Part shown: positions 1 through 9,027 of the stretch, piece by piece
Position numbering within the stretch: the stretch's first letter is position 1
Layout: each line of letters opens with the position of its first letter
NCBI GenBank assembly: GCA_000934665.2
Contig: KZ538355.1
Span: forward strand, 59,282 to 79,281
Reading direction: 5' to 3'
Source of the DNA: Catajapyx aquilonaris
Taxonomy: Eukaryota
DNA: 20,000 nucleotides
Notes under the pieces: generated by a model
Seen by the model: only the letters and a program-made list of their open reading frames with translations
Told to the model about the DNA's origin: nothing
The model's database searches: none
Made by a program: the position numbers and the translations under genes

Positions 1-391
1 ATACTCGTTAAAAAAAAAAAAAAAACTGTTTTGACAAATGGAGTCGTGCTGTAATATCAGTGCTACCGCACTTGATGCCAGGCTTCGGACTTTCATTTCC
101 GGAATTTTTATTTGGCGGCTTTGTGTTCCGGTGAATGTACACAAGTGGTGGCGAACCCAATCGAGCAGAACACCCGAGCAACTCACAACATGGTAAGTAG
201 GCCTACACTCTGTTTGCAGTACTTTGAATCCAACGTTTGCCCTTTGCTCTCTTCAGCATGGACACCAGCTTCATGTCACTTGCTATATGAAATAGATATC
301 ATGCTACAAAATAAGTGCAAGTGAATTTCATGTAGTTACAGTAGACTTTATGCAGATTCACAGAGTGGGGTGTATGTAGACTATACATGTA

Positions 392-641
392 TGAGGGGTA
401 TCAGATCAAAGGCGGCTAAGCCCAAAAAAAGGTCATAAAATGAGCAAAAACTGCTGATTATTACTTAACTGTCACTGGTACAATCTTGAAACTTTTTGCG
501 TCCATATGTTGCCACGGCTCAGGTACATACGCAAATGTGCAATTAATACCCAATGAGATTAAAATACATTATTGCTGGACGTAGGCCTATTTTGTGTTGC
601 ACCCCCCAAAATGGACTCCGCTTTTGATGTAAGACCCCTCA
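392..641. mobile_element. Non-autonomous Tc1/mariner-type MITE
   Basis: Terminal inverted repeats (TIRs) TA|TGAGGGGTATCAGATCAAAGGCGG and CCGCTTTTGATGTAAGACCCCTCA|TA match at 22/26 including the TA. TA TSD at 390-391 and 642-643. A YGAGGG terminus with TA TSD is typical of mariner-family elements. Confidence 0.85.
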
Positions 642-1123
642 TATGAGCCCATACTATTAAGAAATTTTTGTAACTGATTAGTATATGTGAATCAGCCTTA
701 ATGATACTGATCATCATCTGTGTCGAAACACTGTATACATAGTCCAGCGTCATCAGCATGCAGAGTGCAGTAAGGAAAAGATGCATAATCTCATTGCACG
801 GAAGTCCTCATGACGTCAGTACAGGACTGTACATTACATCTGCATGTCACGCCACTGAGTAGTATAATGCAAATAATTTATGTGGTTTCCGTTTCTGTCA
901 GTATGCCACAGTATCCGATATTCCTGATGATAGCAACGGAATGGAAATGAGGTTGTAGATACTACAGGAATGTAATGTATGGAGTCACTTTTGAAGGAGA
1001 TAGGCTATAGCGCTCGTAGCTCACAGACACTGCCTCGCAATGGGCATGATTGTGTCGCTGTAGAAGGATTTTAGCACTTTTCGTTCGGTCCGGCATGTAC
1101 AACCCACACTGCATGCCGCCGCA

Positions 1124-2102
1124 CATGATGGTGCGCCAGGCGGAAGTGATTCCCACAATCCCACTTCCACCAAGTGCGCAGTGCGCACCAATCAAGGTAC
1201 GCTTAGTTTGATTTTTGATTTTTGATTTGTATAATAAATATTAATTCCGTCCTCTCAACCTATTGGAGAAGAAACGAAATCGGGATTGAGTAACCATAGA
1301 ATGGTTGGTTGGTTGGTTGGTTTGGTTGGTAGGAAGGGTTACCCAGCTTGTATGGCTCTGTCTGAGTCGAGCCTTGGCAGCCGGGGGTAGGAGAGGAAGG
1401 TGTGGGATTGCAAGGTAGGGGTGGGTGAGAAGGGTGGGGGAGAGGAGGGCTGGACCCGGCTGTACTGCAATGCCGGGTCCAACCCAGGGACGGGGGTGGG
1501 ATATTCTCCCAAGCACCCCGTCCGACCAAGAAATGCGAGTCGGGTCCGAGGACCGCTCGAGGAAGAGAGTACCGTCGCGTCGCTGGCGAACCAGCCGGGA
1601 CCTCAATTAAATATTCATTGCAGTAATTGCGACTCCAAGAGAGGGCGCATGCTCTGATTTGAGTAACCATAGAAGGTTGGGAGCCTCTAGAGATAGACAA
1701 GCCAAGACTCACCCATCTGCGGCACTGTTTGCTAAGTTGCTTGAATAAAACCAAATCTCCTCTTTGCTCCTGGCCGAATTTATGTCGCGAAAATGTCGCG
1801 GATTTATGTTCGCACCTTGTCTTATGAGTTATTTGGCTCCGATTCATGCCCCATATTAACGGTGGTTTTGGCTCATGGATACTTCAGAGCTCTCATCACG
1901 GTATATTGTGACAATTTGGTTTTATTCGAGCAACAGGGCAACCCGGGGCAACCTGGCGGGTCTGGGACTGGAAGCTCTCACCTGGGTTTACTAATCATAT
2001 GTTATTTGCTTTCAAAACAAAAATTAATATTTATTATACAGTATATACCCCAAAAATAAAACTAACCGTGCCTTGATTGGTGCACACTCGCGCACCATCA
2101 TG
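1124..2102. repeat. Pair of inverted repeats (1124-1246 and 2022-2102), probably DNA-transposon termini
   Basis: TGTATAATAAATATTAATT (1228-1246) is the exact reverse complement of 2022-2040. GCACCAATCAAGGTACGCTTAGTTTGATTTTT matches the reverse complement of ~2052-2083, and CATGATGGTGCGC (1124-1136) matches the reverse complement of 2090-2102. No TSD found. Confidence 0.75.
1302..1658 (-). mobile_element. Short retroposed element (SINE-like or 5'-truncated LINE 3' end) with (CCAA)n tail
   Basis: Flanked by the direct repeat TTGAGTAACCATAGAA(T)GGTTGG at 1286-1308 and 1659-1680. The (TTGG)n run at 1302-1330 reads as a (CCAA)n tail on the minus strand. The body is GC-rich with several hairpins. 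Confidence 0.7.
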
Positions 2103-2624
2103 GGTTAATAACTTGCGCGCATGTAAGCAAAGCAACAACAGCTCATTATTCTCTGCAGAAAATAACGAGTCGAATAAAAATTCCGACACAATTCCTGTGG
2201 ATCACGGTTCCTTTCCAATTACCAAAGGTCACGTACTACATGCAGAACAGTAACTCAAGAATTACTAACTGTGGCTTTTACGAGTGATAGTCATAAATCA
2301 TTTTGCACGTGTGTGGTTGCGTGTACCTAGAGACAGGAAAAAAATCATGCACGGATGGGTGTGACAACGAATCCCATGTTTTAACTTATCGATGCTCTGC
2401 CAGTAGATACGCCATATCATGAGCATCCGAAAAGTTCTGCTGTAATGTTGAGGATAAAGATACACGGTCTGTGTACTGTACACATGCAATGGTTGTACGC
2501 TTGTACCTTAATCGTTGTCCCTTCCTACAGTGCCAATCACCTGTATTACTCCGCCATATACAAATGACGCTTCGTGTCCCATAGCTTAATTAGTATCGTT
2601 GGCCCACTTGATATTCTAAAGGGC

Positions 2625-3045
2625 TTGTTTCTCCAGGCAAATTACCACCCAAAGTGAAGCAGGGCTTCTTATTGGAAAACAGAGCGATTAAATTGATGGA
2701 CTGGTTAGTAAATGCTCCGTCCTTGATATGGGCTTCGTCAAAACATACCAATTAAGGTATCGAGCAAAGTTGACTCTCCTCATAAAATGTTGCAAAGTAT
2801 TCACATTCGCTGCGTGTAAGGGCTGTGTCGCACTGGGCTGAATTTACGGGCAGATAATTTGAAACAGTTATAATGGTAGGTGCTTATGGGGAGCTTTTTC
2901 AGAAGCAGCGTTTTTTTCTGGAGTAGGCCCTACTGTCCGCAAAATATTTTCGTTCCTCATATTAGCCTATGCTCTCGGGAAATTCAGGCCTCCGTTTGAT
3001 ATCATGGCTTTGACGCTGACCAAAAAAATTGCATACAAACAGCGA
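2625..3045 (+). pseudogene. Degenerate Tc1-like transposase C-terminal fragment with possible right TIR remnant
   Basis: Frameshifted translation LFLQANYHPK / FLLENRAIKLMDWLVNAPSLIW / KMLQSIHIR / VRAVSHWAEFTGR* resembles the Tc1 motifs FxQDNxPxH, I..MDWPxxSPDLNPIENxW and L..SM.RR..AV...G..TxY*. A TIR-like GACCAAAAAAATTGCATAC lies near 3018-3037. Confidence 0.55.
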
Positions 3046-3218
3046 TAACTAGATCATATTCTCGGTTAAATTTATATTATTTTATTTATTTAAGTACCCC
3101 GTGATCAAGTAATACTGTACAACCGGTGTGGGGGACATAAAATAGGATATAAAATTTTGTTAAACATGGCTGGATGCTTAAAAAATAATCCAGTTTACGA
3201 ACCGACACTGACGTCTAT

Positions 3219-4231
3219 AAGGGAACCCCGCGAAGTGCTACGCGAACTTCATGTTGATTTTTTTTTCTTCTGGTTCCTTATACCTGCTAGAAAGAAAGTA
3301 CCCTTTCGGAGAAATCCTCGATCTCAAGGGTTTTTGATATACGGGGGTCAAAAGGTCAAAAATGAAACACTTTATGAAAGGCCCTGAGGAAGCAATCATT
3401 AGTGCTATTGGCGGGATTCTTGGTACTTAACAGTTTCTTGGGATGGGGATTATAAGCCCGAAATTGTAAATGATACTTCTCAAGGGGCCGGATGGGGGAG
3501 AGGTGGGCGGCAAAAAAAAAAAAATCGGTATTTTCAACGGGTGGTAAGGGTGAGCGCATGGAAGGAGCACGGCATGGGTCCGAAAGGCCAGCAACAATCC
3601 GTTTTGGAGATGTCGACCCTTCACATCGACGATGTCCATCCTGACAAGTGTGGATACGCCTGCATTGCTGGTTGCCGGGGCTAGGGGCTCGCAACATCAG
3701 ACCGTAGCTCAACCTTGAGCTCAACCGCCTGGATCCGGCCACAAGCAATGCATGCATGCACAGGGGTATCCACACATGTCAGGATGGACATCGTCGATGT
3801 CAAGGGTCGACATCTCCACTCCAAAACGAATTGTTGCTGGCCTTTCGGACCCATGCCATGCTCCTTCCATGCGCACTCGCTACAACCCGTTGAAAATACC
3901 AATTTTAAATAATTTTTTGCCGCCCACCTCCCCCCATCCCGCCACTTGAGAAGTATCCTTAACTTGCATAATTCACCACTTCCGACTTCGCCATTATATT
4001 CCCCATTCCAAGAAACTGATGAGAAGCCTACCAAGAATCCCACCGATAGCACTAATGATAACTTCCTCTGGGCCTTTCATAAACTGTTCCATTTTTGACC
4101 TTTTGACCCCCGTATCTCCAAAACCCTTGAGATCGAGGATTTCTCCGGAAGGGGACTTTCTTTCTAGCAGGAAAGGAACCAGAAAAAAATCTATATTTCA
4201 ACATTCGCGTATCACTTCGCGAGGTTCCCTT
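3219..4231. mobile_element. ~1-kb foldback (near-palindromic) non-autonomous DNA transposon
   Basis: Arms 3219-3678 and 3735-4231 are reverse complements along their whole length (AAGGGAACCCCGCGAAGTG...CACTTCGCGAGGTTCCCTT) with a 56-bp spacer. AGGG termini in degenerate TTAA-like flanks suggest Kolobok type, but the TSD is not clean. Confidence 0.9.
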
Positions 4232-4797
4232 TACCTACATTTACAAATAATGAAAAACATTTGAAGTCATCATTTTCATATGTTGATCGGGTGGAAACTG
4301 GGAGATGTCGTGTAGATTATGTTGCCATGGTTGGCGAAAAATTAATTCTCAAGTGCTTCGACTTATTTCTTAAGTTGATGGCCATTCTTGTGTGTGAAAT
4401 GGGAAGACCATTATAATCAAAATAATACTCTTGAGGTGTATTAATTTTACATTTATAATTTTCGTACATATGAGTGTTTTATAATTTGTACAATAGTTCC
4501 TTTCTCCGTTTATCTTCTGTTTTTAAATATTGGTATGAAGATCCACTTCGATAAAATCCCATGGAATACCACTATCAGAGAATAACTTTTTTCCAGCACT
4601 GATCCAGTTATGAGATTCAGTTGATTTGCTATTTGAAATTGACAGAGAGTAGGCCCTACCATAGGCTAACTTCAAAGTATTGTTTTGAGATTTGATCATT
4701 AAGTTGACTGGCAGTTGTTTTAAAATATTAAGGAATTTTTGTGAAGCGGACGAGAATTTTAAGAATAAATCATATGGGTCGACACTCCGAAACTTAA

Positions 4798-5270
4798 GGG
4801 GGAGATGAAGAGAATTTGGGAGTAAAGTTCTCGCTAACTAACAACAGCAGAACCGATTTTTTTTGTGTGTAAGTGTAACTGACCTCTCTCTTACACATGT
4901 GTCCCATATTCTTAATGTAGTATTTTAAAAAGTCATTTGCATTCGGGAGTAAATTACGCCGTCGTAAAATTTTAAGTGATGTCGTAACAAGCACCCAAAA
5001 ATGCGGAAAAATTAGGTGCTCCGGACCCGTGAAGCCGATTTTTATATTTAGCTATAACTTTTCGGCAAATAATAATTTTGTCAAAATTTGAGTGATTTGA
5101 GAACTACTAGAAGTTGGGGGAACCCTAATTTTCACGGTTTTTATTGTGCATAGAGGGAATGGTCAACCGCAAACGCGACCCTTCTTTTGTGTAGGGAGGG
5201 TGGGATCCACTGTCTCCTCTTTCGGCCAGAGTTGGAACTCGAAGAAGTCCGGATTTTCGTTATCCCCCCC
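4798..5270. mobile_element. TTAA-flanked non-autonomous DNA transposon with short imperfect TIRs (Kolobok-like)
   Basis: TTAA at 4794-4797 and 5271-5274. Left end GGGGGAGATGAAGAGAATTTGG versus reverse-complemented right end GGGGGGGATAACGAAAATCCGG match at 16/22. It interrupts the LINE relic. Confidence 0.65.
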
Positions 5271-5274
5271 TTAA

Positions 5275-5754
5275 AGGGACACTCCACTCAAAATACGAGT
5301 TGGCCCCCAAAAATCGGGCAAAAAATCCTGATTCCGAATGTGCAATCGGTTTTTTCCTACGCCCAACGGTAACACGGAAAATAATATATCTACACACGTC
5401 GTCTGCTAAGAAGGGCGATACAACAGCATCTCGCGGCAAACCGGAGAAGTAGAGGATGTGCCGCGACCTACATGAGTGCCTCCCCCACCTAGACAGTTAG
5501 ACAGTTAGGGTGGGGGAGGCAACCATGTAGGGGACCCTGGCCGCGCCAGGCACTTTCTCTAGTTCCGCCCGGTTCCACTCTGGTAGCGTCGCCACCTGCG
5601 CCCACCTTCCCCGCGCGCGGTTTTCGAACGACACACTTCCAGCTTTCACACTGGCCTTACCGTTCGTCTCTAAGAAAAACTGCTTATACCCTCGGAATCA
5701 GGATTTTTTGCCCGATTTTTAGAACCCAACTTGTATTTTGAGTGGAGTGTCCCT
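5275..5754. mobile_element. Kolobok-like MITE with 63-bp TIRs and TTAA TSD
   Basis: TTAA|AGGGACACTCCACTCAAAATAC...GATTCCGA (5275-5337) and TCGGAATC...GTATTTTGAGTGGAGTGTCCCT|TTAA (5692-5754). Purine-purine termini with a TTAA TSD fit Kolobok rather than piggyBac (CCY termini). Confidence 0.9.
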
Positions 5755-6698
5755 TTAAGACCAAGAACTTGAAGGTCGTTATGAGATATTGAATGCCCAT
5801 ATTCTCCCAGTTTTGATGTATGGCTCCCCTATGCGGTGCTAATCGGGTCTCTTGAATTTTTATTTTTTTTCTTATCTAAATCAACAGATTCTGACTTTGT
5901 GTATCTACTGAAACATGCTTGATTAGTGCACCTCTTGCTCTGCTTAAATGGTACGCCTTGTAAGTACTGAAAGAGTGCAACAACGTGCTATGCCCCAAAA
6001 AATACGTCCTCCTTTTCTGTAACAAGCAACGTTTGTTTTATTTGCTGGAATTCAGTTGTAAGATTAAATCATTCTCTGATTGCGTTACAATTGTGTTATA
6101 TTTGTAATATAAACCCATTGTAAATGTAACGCAATTTTCCTATTGTCCTGTCCCGAAATTAACAGGTTGTCCTCCTTTCAGTTGTAAGTACCGGTGTTCT
6201 ACTAAATCGGAGGTGTACAAGTTAAATAACAGTGGACTCATCGATTCTCCTTGCGGAAGTTCCAGTTTTATTGGAATAGGGTTATTCTCCGAGATCGAAT
6301 CAGGGACTGTCTCCATATTCTGGTAGGACTAATTCTGCTGCATTAACATAATCTTTTTTCAAATTTATTTCTGACCGTCCCAGATTACGGAGAAATTTCT
6401 CGCGATTAATTGAATCAAGAGCCTTAGCTAAATCAATAGAAACTCCAGAGAACTTACCCTTTGGTTTGGAACCTTTTATATTAAACAACCTTGAACACAG
6501 GGCTAGGCTGCATGTGTAAGGGAGCTCGTCAGGGGTTGTGTGGGTGACACCTACTTGTTTGGCGCAATGTAGTGCAGTCCTAACGTAGGAGGTGACTTGT
6601 ACGCAGAGTCACGCCGCGCAGCTCAAAATATTCAGCTAACATCTCTGGAATATTATACAGCAACTCGCTTCGCGAGGCGGTGCGGTGGGGCTCCGCCG

Positions 6699-6731
<33 letters not shown>

Positions 6732-6764
6732 NNNNNNNNNNNNNNNNNNNNNNNNNNNNNNNNN
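6699..6764. other. Poly-C run followed by assembly gap (N 6732-6764)
   Basis: C homopolymer at 6699-6731 followed by 33 Ns. Continuity across the gap is unverified. Confidence 0.95.
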
Positions 6765-8192
6765 TTTTATGTAGGGAAATGGTGACGTCACTGTTTCCCT
6801 AGAAAATGTTGACGTCACGCGAAGTGAAATGAACGCAAAAAGGGTGTTATAGAACGCGCCCCGTCATTGTTGTAAAACGCTTCGCTCGTGTTAGCAACCG
6901 TCCCATTCCGTGAGGAAGATAGTGGCCGGGGCGCGTATTTATTCCAGGCCGCTTCAGTCGCTGCTGTGCTGACAGTGGTGCCAACTGGTAGGAATTATCT
7001 GTCACCCGAATTCGGCACATGAAGGCCCCCTTTCTCCACCTCGATGGCCTACAGCTTCCTTGCGAATGCTTTCCGTTGCGTCCGCGGTTAATTCAAAGCC
7101 AAATTCCTCATATCTCGCAGTCAACCAGGCATTTCGGTGTACCCTTTCGATTGGCCTCCGCGTTTTTCCCGCCAATTTTGAAGGCACTTTTAAATGTGCC
7201 GTAATTTATCCAGTAATGTCATTTTGATGCAACAGAGTGATGGAATGTATGTTTACGGGCATGGGCTAGCTAGTTATGAACAAAAATCCCAAATCCCAGA
7301 CCAAGGCTAGTTCCCCATTGGCCGGGTCCCGGGCAGACCCCCCCCGGTCTCCGTATCTCTGCGAGGCCCGGCCGCCCCACTCTTCCCCCAATCTCCGATG
7401 CGAACAAAGCAAGTCTTTTTACGAAAAAATTTGTCGGAGCAGGGTGGCATCCGTTTACAAAAAATTCACCCGTGAGGTCAAAGCCGAAGGTTAGGAGTAT
7501 CAGAATACGCCCTAGCTGACGTATCATGAAAAAAGGCAAGGTGGGATTAGAGTGCATCCAGATGTCAGCGGCGGGTGGAGTGGGCTCCGGAGAGGGTGTG
7601 CTATTGTTCTCCGGCGGCTTATTACTGACCAGCAGATGGGCAAGGTCGCACGCGCAAAATATTCGACTTTGGGCTATCTCGAAAACGGCTAGGAATTTTG
7701 CGATTATGAGGATTTTCGGAATTGGTAATTCTGGGGCAAGGAATCCAGCGCAGCGGTGTAACTCCAAGATCTCTGCGCCGGGAAGTGCGGAATCTTTTCC
7801 ATCCTATATCCTCCTATAACCGACCTATATCCTCGTCAGGGAGCTTTATATATATTGGATTTCACTACTATTTAAGAACTGCAGAGAAATTGTGGTTGCA
7901 CAGAAGTATCTTACTAAGCAACTAATATGCTGCACAGTATTCAAGGTGTTCCAGCTAGAATTCGGCGACTGTGCCGATCTGCATACCAAACAAAGCATAT
8001 AACCGCTTTAAGATTATAGACAAAGCCTTTTGTAGTGCATTTTATTTCACAGAAATATTGGTGCTCATGAAACTGCGCTGTGACCTTCATGTTGACGTCA
8101 TGTGGATGCCATAGTCTCACTAAGAGTGCATGGTCCATTAATAACATAAAAGATTGTCACTTATTGTCCTAGTTATTTAGATGAGTGTATAA

Positions 8193-8371
8193 AGCCCCGT
8201 TTACATGTGAGCGACGAGCGAAGTCATCGCCGAGTGACGTAACCAATATTGTTTGAGTTGAAAATAACAATCGACTTTCGCCTCCAACAATACTGGTTAC
8301 TCGGGTTACTCAGCGTTGTTATCGTCGGCGATGACATCGAGCGATCAAATCGCTCCCATGTAAACGCACCT
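8193..8371. mobile_element. PIF/Harbinger-type palindromic MITE
   Basis: TAA TSD at 8190-8192 and 8372-8374. Ends AGCCCCGTTTACATGTGAGCGA versus reverse complement AGGTGCGTTTACATGGGAGCGA. Internal inverted blocks GTCATCGCCGA/TCGGCGATGAC and GTAACCAATATTGTT/AACAATACTGGTTAC. Confidence 0.85.
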
Positions 8372-8922
8372 TAAGTGTCGAAGTAGCCTACTGTATGAAA
8401 AGCATTTGCGTTTTATTGATGGGTCTGATTTACCTGTAACAAATTGAATTTGGTAAGAGGCAGCGGTGATGCGTAGTTATATGTGGCGTATTTGCATATA
8501 TTCCAGTATCGGTTAATAACAGATTACAACTCTCCATCACAATTATGCAATACTTGTCAGCTTTTTATACTATTATGCCAGAATGTTTTGTGTCACGCAA
8601 TAATCCCGCTAAATACAACAATAACTGCTCTCAGAGAAGTAGATTTTCATGTGGTAATATGTATGTTAATATTTCATCAGAGCTCGTATGCAAAACTTTC
8701 AAACATTAAAACAATAGATCTGTAATTGACTAATTAAGCCCCATTTTTTTCAGATCAAGCCACACAGGTCCACTGATACTACTCGCAGTATTCTGGGGGT
8801 AAACAATCCCTAACTTTTTACCAATGCCATATGCTCAACTAAGTTAATCGGCAATCACTTCTTGTCTATGAATAAGAATTTATTTTACAGCCACACATCT
8901 CCGTAGTAAAATATTTTTGTAG

Positions 8923-9027
8923 CATATTTCGAGACTTTCACATATGATGTTCACAACCCCTATTTTGGGACATGGTGTTGACTTTGACAGCAGAGAGAAC
9001 CAGCTATACTATAGTGCTCAACCCGGC
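8923..9027 (+). pseudogene. Possible exon relic resembling the first LDL-receptor class B (YWTD) repeat
   Basis: After acceptor-like TTTTTGTAG (ends 8922) the frame reads HISRLSHMMFTTPILGHGVDFDSRENQLYYSAQPG, similar to the A(I/V)DFD..E..(I/L)YWTD pattern. No clear donor site follows. Confidence 0.3.

Larger units (their letters stand above)
3068..6495 (-). mobile_element. Decayed non-LTR retrotransposon (LINE; RTE-X/L2/CR1-like), RT to 3' end, interrupted by three TIR elements
   Basis: Minus-strand RT motifs: SIDLAKALDSINR (~6440-6402), ELPQGESMSPLLFNLYTSDL (~6264-6205), KTNVACYRKGGR (~6039-6004) and VVALFQYLQGVPF (~5985-5947). C-terminal-like text NTLKLAY...HNWISAGKKLFSDSG...QEYYF...AINLRNKSKHLRI lies in 4340-4690, and an A-rich AATAAA-type tail at ~3068-3091. 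Many stops and frameshifts; the YADD motif is not seen. The segment left of 3219 is the least certain part. Confidence 0.8.

Noticed and set aside
1462..1604. Superficial twister-like (ACTGCAATGCCGGGTCCAACCC) and HDV-like (GGTCCCGGCTGGTTCGCCAGCG, minus strand) words
   Set aside because: The twister UAA cleavage context and CAAGC loop are absent, the HDV L3 UYCHCG is absent, and simple hairpins explain the sequence.
1241..1847. 195-aa and 121-aa minus-strand ORFs
   Set aside because: Pro-rich readings of a GC-rich insert that cross TSD boundaries; no domain recognisable.
3356..4264. Paired ORFs sharing MDIVDVKGRHL on opposite strands
   Set aside because: Mirror translations of the two arms of the foldback element; no protein-like features.
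6597..6818. Poly-Pro and poly-Gly ORFs
   Set aside because: Artefacts of the poly-C run and N gap.
7270..7819. 165-aa minus ORF and overlapping plus ORFs
   Set aside because: No recognisable domain. The region reads like a non-coding DNA-transposon fragment (TATCTCGAAAACGGCT), but no paired terminus was found, so no element is called.
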